Shown in pieces: positions 39,050-51,250 of a stretch of DNA of 64,000 nt. The notes beneath the pieces were generated by a model. That model was not told the DNA's origin and made no database searches. It saw nothing but the letters and a program-made list of their open reading frames with translations. Each line of letters starts with the position of its first letter. Within the stretch, counting starts at the first letter, position 1. Made by a program: the position numbers and the translations under genes. Location: contig NC_043013.1 of the NCBI RefSeq assembly GCF_006345805.1, positions 1,674,001 to 1,738,000 of the forward strand, in the 5' to 3' direction. This DNA comes from Octopus sinensis (lineage: Eukaryota).

Positions 39050-39110
39050 AATAAAACTCCGAGTTTCGGATGTCGGGACGGAAAACTGCTCTGGCATCTC
39101 GTCAGTTATC
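39050..39110 (-). ncRNA. Type I hammerhead-ribozyme-like motif (Penelope-type)
   Basis: GATAA-CTGACGA-GATG[22 nt]CATC-C-GAAA-CTCGGAG-TT-TTATT on the minus strand. Confidence 0.55.
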
Positions 39111-39261
39111 GAGGCAATCAAAAAATGCTACATCCGAAACTCGGAGTCTTATTATAGCAACCGAATAATTGTCACATATCATATTACTGATAAATTCCTC
39201 TATTTGCATAATATCGCGGTCCCATTCATTCTTTTGCTGTCTTACCACTATATATATATAC

Positions 39262-39296
<35 letters not shown>

Positions 39297-39372
39297 CTGT
39301 CCGAAGTCAGGACGCCATGATAGATCGTTAGCTCCTACACGCATTTTTGCTCTCCTTGTTTTTTTCTGTGTA

Positions 39373-39410
39373 TCTTTCTGTCGAAGAGCGTAGGCTCGAA
39401 ACGTAAAAGA
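39373..39410 (+). ncRNA. Minimal variant-core type I hammerhead-like motif in a Penelope pLTR-like segment
   Basis: TCTTT-CTGTCGA-A-GAGC-GTAG-GCTC-GAAA-CG-TA-AAAGA. Confidence 0.55.
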
Positions 39411-39512
39411 CTTTTTCTATTCCTGAGCGCTATACTAATACATTCGTTTGTTTGTACTCCACCTGCCTTCGTCTTTTGTTTATTTTCGTAAACTTTCCCT
39501 TTATATATATAT

Positions 39513-39598
39513 AAATGGAGTTGAACGAAGATTGAACAGAAATCGTTTTATTGAATGCAATAAAACGATTTCTGTCCAATCTTCGTTCAACTCCATTT
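39513..39598. repeat. 41-bp near-perfect inverted repeat with 4-nt loop
   Basis: Arms 39513-39553 and 39558-39598, one mismatch. Confidence 0.95.
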
Positions 39599-39766
39599 CT
39601 TCAATTCACTAATAATATTAAAATTCAATTATCCGCACCAACGCACGGTTGCAACACCATATGGTTGTACCTCCAACCGTGCTGTCTTCTGCTGTGATTT
39701 TTGCTACCAAGGTATCGGTTAAACTTTTGATTAATCTGCAACAAGATTATTCATCTTTCTATTTCA

Positions 39767-39822
<56 letters not shown>

Positions 39823-39823
39823 G

Positions 39824-39975
39824 TACGACGGGCTTCTTTCAATTTCCGTCTACCAAATCCACTCACAAGGCTTTGGTCGGCCCGAGGCTATAATTGAAGA
39901 CACTTGCCCAAGGTGTCACGCAGGGGAACTGAACCCAGAACCATGTGGTTGGTAAGCAATTTACTTACTACACAT
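39824..39975 (-). mobile_element. SINE family B 5' half
   Basis: tacgacgggcttctttc...cacttgcccaaggtg...gaacccagaaccatgtggttgg. Confidence 0.85.
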
Positions 39976-39979
39976 TCAC

Positions 39980-40045
<66 letters not shown>

Positions 40046-40580
40046 GTATATATAGTATGTATATATATATATATGTATATATATGTGTGTGTATATATAT
40101 AATCATACGCACAAACACACGCACACGTACACACATACACACATACTCACACACACACACACACACACTCATGTTAACTGAAGAGGTTCAAATGTGGTGT
40201 GATAGTATATCCCTTGTGTGAAGATACATAAGAAAACGGAGGAGGTTTATTGCAGATAATAGAGTTGCCGCTGAGTGTGGGTCGGGGTGGGGCTTTGTGT
40301 CTGGCACGAATGGATTGGCTTGCTTGTCATCACAGTGACTTAGCTTGCCTTAGACATGATTGAAACATTGCATGCATATCAAGGCCACGTTTGAGACGAA
40401 GTGTCCAACCAGACGTTTGTCAAAACTCCGTAAGATAAACGAACTGGCTTATTAGATCCAAGAAACAATTGCAGACGAGCTGGGAATAAGTTACAAAGAA
40501 ACCATACATACATATACATACATACATATACATAACAATATATGTATGCATGTATGTATATATATATATATATAATATAT

Positions 40581-40642
<62 letters not shown>

Positions 40643-40682
40643 CATACATACATATACATAACAATATATGTATGTATGTCTG

Positions 40683-40735
<53 letters not shown>

Positions 40736-40780
40736 ACATACATACATATACATAACAATATATGTATGTATGTCTGTATA

Positions 40781-40834
<54 letters not shown>

Positions 40835-41530
40835 TTATATATACAGACATATATAGATATATTTATGTATGTACGTATGTGTGCATTAAAAAAATCGTAT
40901 AAAACAAGCCACAATGAAATAAAAATAAATTCTATGATGCTCAAATAACCTGAAATAAAAGGAGCAGAACAACACCAGACAGGATTACGTAACACACTAA
41001 GCGGATGCTTTTTGGCAGCCAAAAGACGGATAAGTTTCAATGAAGGAGAGAGAGGGAGAGTGGAGAGAGAGGGAGAGTGGAGAGAATGGCAGTGAGATAA
41101 TATGACTTCCATATTTGTTTTGGTGGTTTTTATATTCTCTGTTGAAAAGTTTGTGCCCTTCCTCTTTTTGTGTTGTTTTTCGCTTTGCTCTTTTTTTAAT
41201 TTTTTTTTTTTTTTTAGGTTTTGCTTCCTGCAGTAACATCTTCCTTGACAAGGGGAAATTCAAGCATCGCTGCTAATCTATCAGAATCAATAGCTTTTCT
41301 TCTCTCTTTCTCTCTTTCCTCCCCACCTCATTCTGCTTTGATCACAATACCGGAAACGGAGTCTGCTAAGGGAAACACAACGAAAGATTGTTCAACCTGT
41401 GCAACAAAACATTAATATTTATTTCTAGTGTGAACGCATGTATAATATGTCTGTTGTATGTGTATGCGATTGTATGTATGATAGTGTGTGTGTATGTGTG
41501 TGTGTGTGTGTGTGTGTGTTGTGTGTGTGT

Positions 41531-41579
<49 letters not shown>

Positions 41580-41869
41580 TGTGTCTATTCTTTCTGTTCT
41601 CTTCCCTCGCGTATTTCTTTAATTTCTCACTAAGCGATTGTCACACAAAAATAGCCAAAATTTTGTTTTGCACGTCAACTTTCTCGGGAATTTTGTTTTA
41701 TTTTTGTTTTCCATTGTTTTCTTTTATTTTTATTTATTTATTTATTTGTGCTTCTTTTCATTATTTATTCGATTTTTATTTATCTGTTTCTTCGTTTATT
41801 TTGTTTACTTTCTGCAGACCTTGAAAAACAATTTCCTCCATTGCATTTTTCATTCTAGACACTCAACAC

Positions 41870-41921
<52 letters not shown>

Positions 41922-42394
41922 ACACACACACACACACATGCATGCACACACACTGTTATTTGTGTGCATTATGTATCTTTATTAAAGCAGATCTATCATC
42001 GCCTTCGTTTCCCCTGACTCGTCTTGTCGCTTTTATAATAATATTAATAAAGGTCTCTTTTATTGGCCACAAGAGCCTCCGTCGTTGGAAGAAACGTAAC
42101 AAAGAACAAATACAAAAAGGGAACAACAAAAAAAAAACGATGGGGTGTTTAGATCGAGTTAAATGGGTGAACTCAACAATAAAGACGGAAATAAATGGCA
42201 ATAACAGCGTAGGAGAACGAATTAACAAGATTCCGCAGAATAGCAGCGGGTAAATCGGGGCCCTCCACTCACAGACCTCAAATTAACCCGAAATGCCCAA
42301 GTCAAGTGCCTTTCCTTAGATCTCGTCGCCAGTCGCCTCAGCCTCCATCCCCTCCGCATTCTTCTCGTAATAATGGTTTCAAATTTTGACACAA

Positions 42395-42790
42395 GGCGCA
42401 GGAGCGGCTGTGTGGTAAGTAGTTTGCTTACCAACCACATGGTTTCGGGTTCAGTCCCACTGCGTGGCACCTTGGGCAAGTGTCTCCTACTATAGCCTCG
42501 GGCCGACCAAAGCCTTGTGAGTGGATTTGGTAGACGGAAACTGAAAGAAGCCCGTCGTATATATGTATATATGTGTGTGTGTTTGTGTATCTGTGTTTGT
42601 CCCCCCAACATCGCTTGACAACCGATGCTGGTGTGTTTACATCCCCGTAACTTAGTGGTTCGGTAAAAGAGACGGATAGAATAAGTACTAGGCTTACAAA
42701 GAATAAGTCCTGGGGTCGATTTGCTCGACTGAAGGCGGTGCTCCAGCATGGCCACAGTCAAATGACTGAAACAAGTAAAAGAGAAAGAGA
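42395..42790 (+). mobile_element. Full-length tRNA-derived SINE family B nested in an older family A copy
   Basis: GGCGCAGGAGCGGCTGTGTGGTAAG head, B box GGTTCAGTCC, CCTTGGGCAAGTG core, tail GACTGAAACAAGTAAAAGAG. Confidence 0.9.
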
Positions 42791-43245
42791 GAAAGGCCAG
42801 CAATTTTAGTCGATAGCATTCACCCCATTGCTCAACTAGGACCGAAAGAGTAAAAGACAAAGTCTACTTCGGCGGAGTTTGAACCCACCACGTAAAGCAC
42901 CTTGTCGCTAAGCACTTTGGCCGGCTTTTCTTTTACTTGTTTCAGTCATGTGACTGCGGCCACGCTGGAGTACCGCTTTATTCGCTAGCAATTCTACCAG
43001 CTCGTCGCTTTATGGGATAACAATAATAATTTTTCTCCTATAGGCACATGGCCTGAAATTTGGAATAAAGGTGCCATCTGATTATGTCAACCCCAGTGTT
43101 AAACTGGTACTTATTTTTATCGATCTCGAAAGGATGCAGGGCAAAGTCGACCTGGCAGAATTTAAACCCAGAACATAAAGACAGACGAATTCACAGAAGA
43201 ATATTGTCTGACTCACTAACAATTCTGACAGCTCGCCGTCTTCAC

Positions 43246-43284
<39 letters not shown>

Positions 43285-43310
43285 TATAATAATGATGATG
43301 ATAATAATAA

Positions 43311-43344
<34 letters not shown>

Positions 43345-43361
43345 TTATAATAATGATGATG

Positions 43362-43407
<46 letters not shown>

Positions 43408-43470
43408 TAATAATAATTATAATAATAATAATAATAATAATAATGATGATGATGATGATGATAATAATAA

Positions 43471-43910
43471 ATGTACACTGTTTTGTGTTGGTATAAAAGA
43501 TGGGCTACAGCAAATATTTTGCTCAATACCACAGATTTGCTTGTCATTTGTTTGACCGTAACCAGTTGAGAATGTCCTTTTGTGGCTGACGATATGTGCA
43601 TCTCTGTCCATGAGCAGAAGTAGTGGAGGATCATCATAACCATGTGTTGAGAGGGATTCTTTGGGGTTTGAATGATTCACCTCTGGAAACGTGGGTATTT
43701 TGTTAAAATCTTTAAACACCCCTTATTCAAAGATCTTTTGAGTGGGATGGGCTATTCGACCTGAAGAAAATTCCACCTGCAAGGTCATGTGCTGTTAATC
43801 TTGATATGAGATTATCATGTCACGCACATATGGTTGTGATGCATGTGCCCTTATCTGAGGGGTAGTCATGATGGATATTTTAAAATAGTGTCACTTTGAC
43901 AGCAAGCACT
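43471..43910 (+). mobile_element. (AAT)n-associated ~554-bp repeat, 5'-truncated, directly joined to a Dong fragment
   Basis: Starts right after (AAT)n; matches 48468-48950 with deletions. Confidence 0.85.
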
Positions 43911-43912
43911 AA

Positions 43913-45350
43913 CAATCAACCACCTCCTCTTCATGGATGATTTGAAGCTGTGTGGAAAAGATGAGACACAAAGGAGTTCCTTGGTGAACACGGTCCACTG
44001 TTTTAGTACTGATATTAGAATGGAATTTGGACTCAAGAAATGCGGAATAATCTACCTAAAAAGGGGCAAGATACAGTCCCTAGCAGGGATAGAATTCCTG
44101 AATAGGGACTTCATTAAGCAAATTGAAACGTAAAGATACAAATACCTTGGCGTATTAGAGGCCAACGAGAAGAATGGAAACGGAAATGAAAAAGCAACTG
44201 AGGATGGGATATTTCCGAAGACCGAGGTCGGTGCTGCGCTCAAAATTGACATGGGCGATAGCATCACTTCAGTATGGAGCAGAAATGTGTTATAAAATAG
44301 CAAGGGAAAGAAAGGAAAAGAATGGATACCAAAACCAAAGAAATGTTAATAGTACACGGCACTTTCCACCCTGAGAGTGACACCGATAGGCTGTACTTGT
44401 CCAGAAGAAAGGGTGTGAGAAGTTTGATCTATTGCCAGTAATGTAAGGAAGCAAAGAAAAATAACCTTGGGTGGTATATAAAAAATGCCGTGGAGCCACT
44501 GCTGAAATACACGAAGAAGGCCGGCGTAATCGAAAATGACGACTGTGTAACTAAAGAAAAATTTTAACAAGAACTGAACAAAAAAAACATGGAAGAAAAA
44601 AGAAAATGTACGGTCAGTTTGCAAGAGAGGTGAACGTCAAGACAGATACAGAAGATAGGTGGCTATGGATGAGGTGGAGTGACCTGAAGATAGAGACAGG
44701 AATACTCATATGCGCAGCTCAAGAACAAGCGTTAAGGACCAATTATATGAAGTGCAGAATAGACAGCACTACCGATAGCGACAAATGCAGAATGTGTGGA
44801 GAGAGGGGTGAAATGGTATGGCACATTGTTAACGAATGCCAGAAATTGGCACAACACAAATACAAAAGGAGTCACCGAAAATGAGAATTACAAAATCCTG
44901 TGGGATGCAATGATCCAGTGCGATCACCCGACCAAACATCGGAAACCGAACATTGTTGTGGTGAATAAAAAAGAAAGAACATTTATGATTATCGACATAG
45001 CATGTCCCGGTGACAACAGGGTCGATGTGAAAGAAGAAGAAGAACAAATAAACAACCATGACTATTTAAAGTAGGAATACAAAGGTTGTGGTCAATGAAG
45101 AGAGTAGACTTTATGCTAATAGTATTTTGTGCACTTGTAAGTATCAGCACTCAACTACCAACATGGCTGAAAAAGATCGGTGCAAGTGTGAAGGTAGAAC
45201 ACCTACAAAAATCAGCATTGCTTGGAACTGCAAAAATTCTTTGCAGGGTTCTTGAACCATGACCAGTAAACAAGTGTCACCTTAGTCTGCTGGCTGTGGA
45301 CAGCTGACACTTTCCATCATACCCAGCAAAATAAGCTGGTAGATTTTCAT
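43913..45350 (+). pseudogene. Degenerate, internally deleted R4/Dong element ending in (AAT)n
   Basis: NHLLFMDDLKL, WSDLKIETGILICAAQEQALRTNY..CRMCGE, KPNIVV, IDIACPGD. Confidence 0.88.
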
Positions 45351-45351
45351 G

Positions 45352-45396
<45 letters not shown>

Positions 45397-45428
45397 TAAT
45401 AATAATAATAATAATAATAATAGTAATG

Positions 45429-45479
<51 letters not shown>

Positions 45480-45497
45480 GTAATGATAATAATAATG

Positions 45498-47590
45498 ATT
45501 AATCACATGATCCTTGAGAACTGCCATAACAAGCGCAGAAATATCAGCTCTTCATGGATTGATTATAAAAAAGCCTTTGACAGCATACCACATTCGTGGA
45601 TTCTGAAATCGCTGGACATTTTCAAAATTTCTCCTGTGATCTCAGATTTTTTAAACTATAATATGTCTATGGAACACGAAGTTCCAATTATATCATTCTA
45701 ATGGAATATTGCGCTCAAACAATATTAGCCTAAACTGTGGCATTTTCCAAGGTGACTTACTTTCACCACTAATTTTCTGCATAGTACTAATACCACTCTC
45801 AAGTGAACTGAATAGAATAGTGTATGGCTACAAAATTGCCAACAGGAAAATAAGCCATCTATTTTATATTGATGATTGAAAACTATATGGTAAAGATGAT
45901 GAAGAACTTGAAGGACTGCTACATACTGTGAACGGATTCAGTGATGATATCGGGATGGAGTTTGGCCTTCAAAAGTGTGCCAAAGCCACTTTTTTAAGAA
46001 AGGGAAATTGGTAAAGTCAAGTTCAATCGAATTAGATGTCGAAACAGCAATAAAGGAACTTGAGCAGGAAGAAACCTATAAATACCTAGGAATAAATGAA
46101 GGCTCTGGTATCCAGCATGCAAGCATGAAAGAGAAGGTTAGAAAGGAATGTTATAGAAGAGTTCGAGCAGACCTGAAATCTGAGCTGAATGCATATAATA
46201 AGGTTTTAGCCATAAATTCTTTAGCAGTCCCAGTTGTTCTTTATAGATTCAATGTGCTTAACTGGAATACCAGTGATATAATGAAAATTGACAGAAAAAT
46301 CTGCAAGCTACTGACTTGTAATAAGATGCACCGTCCAAAGGCAGACATGGATCGTCTTTATCTTTCCAGAGCTCAGAGAGGTCGAGGTTTGATCCAGCTT
46401 GAACTTACGTACAAAACCACCCCAATCGGACTGGCCAAATACCTTGAAGCAACCAACGATTGGATGCTAAAACTTGTTGAAAAACATGATAGACTGAAAA
46501 ACCTTCACTCTATTCTGAAAGAGAGCAAAAAATTCTCTACTGACCTCTTAGATGCCTACCAGATTGATCAGGTTGAAGGAAATGCACTAACTGCTGCTGC
46601 AAAGAAAATAAAATTAATTGCAGAGACAAAAGCACATGAAAAATTAGCTAGTAGATGGGAACAGAAACCTCTGCATGGAAAGTATGTGGCCCGTAGCAAA
46701 CAAGCTGATGTCGACCAGAAACACACGCACCGATGTTTACAAAGCTCAGGGCTAAAAGTAGAGAGTGAAGGTTTCATATTAGCTGCTCAAGACCAAAGCT
46801 TATTAAGCCGGAACTACCAAGTCAATGTGATAAAAAATGACGCTGACCCAAAATGTCGATTCTGTAACGATGAGATTGAAACTATAGACCACCTAATCTC
46901 AGGGTGTAGAGTCTTAGCATCTGTAGACTATAAAGCAAGACATGACAGAGTCGGCCAGTATTTTCACTGGACAATATGTCGGCATTATAAAATCAAAACC
47001 GCTGATAAATGGTATAAACACCATCTTGAAGCTGTGACTGAGGAAAAAGATGTGTCGATTCTATGGGACTTCCCCGTACATACCGACAAAAACTATAAAA
47101 GCTAATAAATCGGATATTATTATAAAAGATCAGACAAAAAAGGTGTGTTTATTAATTGACATGAGTATTCCTTGCGATCACAATATAGCGGCGAAAGAAT
47201 TTGACAAGATTAGTAAATATAAAGACTTGCTAATAGAAATTGAAAAAATGTGGCATCTCAAGGCGACTACAGTACCAGTGATTGTAGGATCTCTAGGAAT
47301 GATAAAAAAAGGTACTGAAACCTATTTGAAAATGATACCAGGCTTACCATCCCTAAAGGAAGTGCAAAAGATCGTGTTAACTGGAACGACTCATGTACTG
47401 GGAAGAGTATTATCGCTGTGAAAATAACATCCATTCATGAATTTATTTATTCATTAATTTTTTAAATACATATTTTACCTTTGAATTTGTGTGTGTAATC
47501 TGGGAATGCATACAATGAACCTCTCTGCTCTAGGTGTATGGATAACACTCGGCGAGAAACGGAAGAAAATTTGAAAATAGAAGGAAAAAG
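45498..47590 (+). pseudogene. 5'-truncated R4/Dong element related to 25325-29297, with stops and frameshifts
   Basis: MILENCHNKRRN..WIDYKKAFDS; ORFs 45975-47105 and 47050-47421; begins at an (AAT)n tract. Confidence 0.92.
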
Positions 47591-47600
47591 ATAAATAAAT

Positions 47601-48065
47601 GCTATGATGCAGTACCAGGCAGTGGCTCACATGGCTTTTGATCATAACTAACCGGAAGTGTTATCACGTACATTGTTTTGCCTTGGTATAAAAGATGCGC
47701 TATAGGAAATATTCTGTTTAATACCACAGATCTGCTTGTCAGTTGTTTGCCCTTAGCCAGCTGAGCATGTCTCTTAGTGGATAGTGATATGTGCATCTCT
47801 GATCACGAGCAGAAGTAGTTGGGGAGCATCGAAGCCGTGTGTCGAGAGGAATTCTCTGGGGTTGGAATAATTCACTTTTCGAAACATGGGTGTTTTGATT
47901 AACATCCTTAAACGACCCTTATTCAGGGACCTTTTGAGCTGAATGGGCTACTCGACATGAAGAAAATTCCAACTGAGCCCCACCTGCAATGTCATGCGCT
48001 GTTTATCTTGATATGAGATCACCATGTCACGCACATATGGTTGTGATGCATGTGCCTGGTGTACC
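47601..48065 (+). mobile_element. (AAT)n-associated ~554-bp repeat copy directly after a Dong 3' end
   Basis: gctatgatgcagtaccaggcagtggc...gtgcctggtgtacc. Confidence 0.85.
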
Positions 48066-48215
48066 GTTAGTAGAACTGTTTGCCTCCTTGGCACAACCGG
48101 AATAAGTATTAGATAGCCGAAAAGAACGAATAGCATGGTACTGTAGGCTGCAGGTAGCAAGCCCGCTACGCATGCAAGACTCCGGGGGCTCCAACAAAAG
48201 CTGTGATAAAGAGAA
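48066..48215 (+). pseudogene. Extreme 3' end of another R4/Dong subfamily
   Basis: RTVCLLGTTGI (cf. KTALLGTARI), then 3'UTR motif ctgtagg-ctgc-aggta-gcaa-gcccgct, then (AAC)/(AAT)n. Confidence 0.5.
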
Positions 48216-48278
48216 AACAACAACAACAACAACAACAACAATAATGATGATAATAATTATAATTTAAAAAAAATAATA

Positions 48279-48338
<60 letters not shown>

Positions 48339-48364
48339 GTAATAATAATATAATAATAATAATA

Positions 48365-48402
<38 letters not shown>

Positions 48403-48956
48403 GCCCTGATGCAGTACCAGGCAGTGGCTCTCATGGCTTCTGATCTTAACTGATTGGAAGTGTTATCATGTACATTGTTTTCTCTTGGTATAAAAGATGG
48501 GCTACAGCAAATATTCTGCTCAATACCACAGATTTGCTGGTCAATTGTTTGACCGTAACTAGTTGAGCATGTTCCTTAGTGGCTGACGATATGTGCATCT
48601 CTGATCACGAGCAGAAGTAGTGGGGGAGCATTATAGCCATGTGTTGAGAGGGATTCTTTGGGGTTTGAATAATTCACCTCTGGAAACATGGGTGGTTCTT
48701 TCAACATCCTTAAACAACCCTTATTCAGGGACCTTTTGAGCGGGATGGGCTACTCAACCTGAAGAAAATTCTAACTGGGTCCCACCTGCAAGGTCATGTG
48801 CTGTTTATCTTGATATGAGATCCCCATGTCGCGCACATATGGTTGTGATGCATGTGCCTGGTGTACCCTTATGAGACGGGTAGTCATGATGGGTATATTG
48901 GGCTTCGTATATTTTACCCCAGTGTCACTTTGATGGCATGCACTGCTCTCTCACTC
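48403..48956 (+). mobile_element. Complete 554-bp (AAT)n-flanked non-coding element (reference copy)
   Basis: (AAT)n-GCCCTGATGCAGTACC...CTCTCTCACTC-(AAT)n. Confidence 0.9.
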
Positions 48957-48982
48957 AATAATAATAATAATATAATAATAAT

Positions 48983-49407
48983 GCCCTGATGCAGTACCAG
49001 GCAGTAGCTCTCGTGACGTCTGATCTTAACTGATTGGAAGTGTTATCATGTACATTGTTTTGTCTTGGTATAAAAGATGGGCTACAGCAAATATTCTGCT
49101 CAATACCACAGATTTGCTTGTCAGCTGTTTGACCATAACCAGTTGAGCATGTCCCTTAGTGGCTGGCGATATGTGCATCTCTGATCACGAGCAGAAGTAA
49201 TGGGGGAGCATCATAGCCATGTGTTGAGAGGGATTCTTTGAGGTTTGAATAATTCACCTCTGGAAACATGGGTGTTTCGTTCAACATCCTTAAACAACCC
49301 TTATTCAGGGACATTTTGAGCGGAAAAGGTTACTCAACCGGAGGAAAATTCTAACTGGGCCCCACCTGCAAGGTCATGTGCTGTTTATCTTGATATGAGA
49401 TCGCCAT
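48983..49407 (+). mobile_element. Tandem, 3'-truncated copy of the 554-bp element
   Basis: Separated from the previous copy by about 26 bp of (AAT)n. Confidence 0.9.
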
Positions 49408-49410
49408 AAC

Positions 49411-49451
<41 letters not shown>

Positions 49452-49512
49452 TGATGATGATGATGATAATAATAATAATAATGATAATAATAATAGTTAT
49501 AATTATAATTAC

Positions 49513-49595
<83 letters not shown>

Positions 49596-49599
49596 TTTT

Positions 49600-51250
49600 A
49601 TTAGCCACATGTACACACATAAAATAACATTAGAAGACATGCAACAACATAAAAGACAAAAACAGGACGATACAATGGGTATTACAGCGTGTAAACAATA
49701 TATATAAGAATTAAAATTAAACAAATTCAAAACTCCCAAAAAGGGAGGCGCTTTAAGGACCTCGTGGAAAAACCCACGAAATCCACGGGTGCCCGATCAA
49801 TAGGGCAAAAGCCCTTCTCCTTTAATTTTTTACAGGTGTACGCTGAGAATTGGTTCTTTCACACTGGCCATTCTTCTAATATTCACCCACCTTTCAACAA
49901 ACAAGACAACACTTCCCTCTCCCCACCTCAACTTCCTTTTCAATTGAAACTTTAAAAAGTTGATGAGGGCTTGGCTAAACAGGAAAGTGTCTGTCTTTAG
50001 CCCTATCAAACGGGTCCATCATGCCACCTCTTTCGCTACAGCTACTTGACAGATAAAAATTGCCTGCCCCTCCCTGCCAAAAAGAGGGCGGCGGGGCAAT
50101 CTTCTCAATGGATTTAGCTGATAGCAGGATCCGTGCTACACGCGACAGCAGCTGTTCCACATAAATCCACGGGTCAGTAATACTCGGGAACTAGACTAGG
50201 GCGTGCAGAACGGTTTCATCGTTCTGGGCGCTCCTCGGACAGGCCCGACTGACGGCTCTTCTGTACCTCGGTATCTCTGCCAGGCAAGGGATTTCAGGAA
50301 GTTATCCGTAGGTCCAGGCCCGAAAGTTCTCCGAAACAGACCGGTTAGTTGATCTTCATCGACGCCCAGAATTTCTCCTAGAACGTCGTCGCACTTTCCC
50401 TCCACTAGCCCTCTATAGAATGCCAAGTGCCTCCCCCCCCACCTCGGTTTACGCCTAATCCAGGTTTGCAGCTCAGTCAAAGAGAGGAGCAAACTAGTCT
50501 CCGAGTAATTTAACGGGACCGTCTGTCCAGCGCTCCACGATGCTATTGAACGGCATGGACTCGCCTCTCCAGGTGCCGAGTTGCAAACCCACTGACTTTT
50601 CAGCGTTAAATTTTGCCCCTGTCACCGCCTCTTATTCTTGTAGTGTTTCGCCAATCAGGTCTATATGCCTGTGGCTCGACACTATGATGGTAACACCATC
50701 AGCGTAAGCAGACACACTTCTACATCTTAGATCATGCGGGACATCCCTCAAAACCTCCAACTTCCGCAGTAATGGCTCAAAAGTCAGTACATACAGAAGG
50801 GAGGAGAGAGGGCACACTTGACAGACCGAACGCACGATGCTGAATGGCTCCTACAGGTGACCATTCACCCGAACAACCAGAAGATGCTGCTGTATAAAAC
50901 AGCGACCCAACCGCGGAAAACTGGACCAAAACCGGCTGCCTTGAGGACAGCTGCCAAGTATTGATGGTCGACCCTGCCAAAGGCTTTTGATTGATCTAAA
51001 TTAATCAGAGCCCCACTCATGCCAGCTTCGTTGCCCACCTTCTCTAGGATGTAGTGTATAAGATGGAGGTTATCGTGAATAGTCGTGACTGGGATGGCGT
51101 ATGTCTGCGCTTCGCCAACCAGATTGTCCACGACAAGCGCCAACCTCTTGGCTAGCTCTTCGGCCAAAATCACTTAAGCAGAGTGATGGGCCTGAAATTT
51201 TTTATCACGTTCCTATTGTTTGGGTCCTTTCTAAATTTAGGATGGAGAAG
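49600..51250 (-). pseudogene. L1/Tx1-type ORF2 (RT, C-terminal part) and 3'UTR ending at a (TAC)/(TAA) tract
   Basis: NFRPITLL, LINLDQSKAFGRVDH, RSVCQVCPLSSLLY, SAYADGVT; stops and deletions. Confidence 0.88.
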
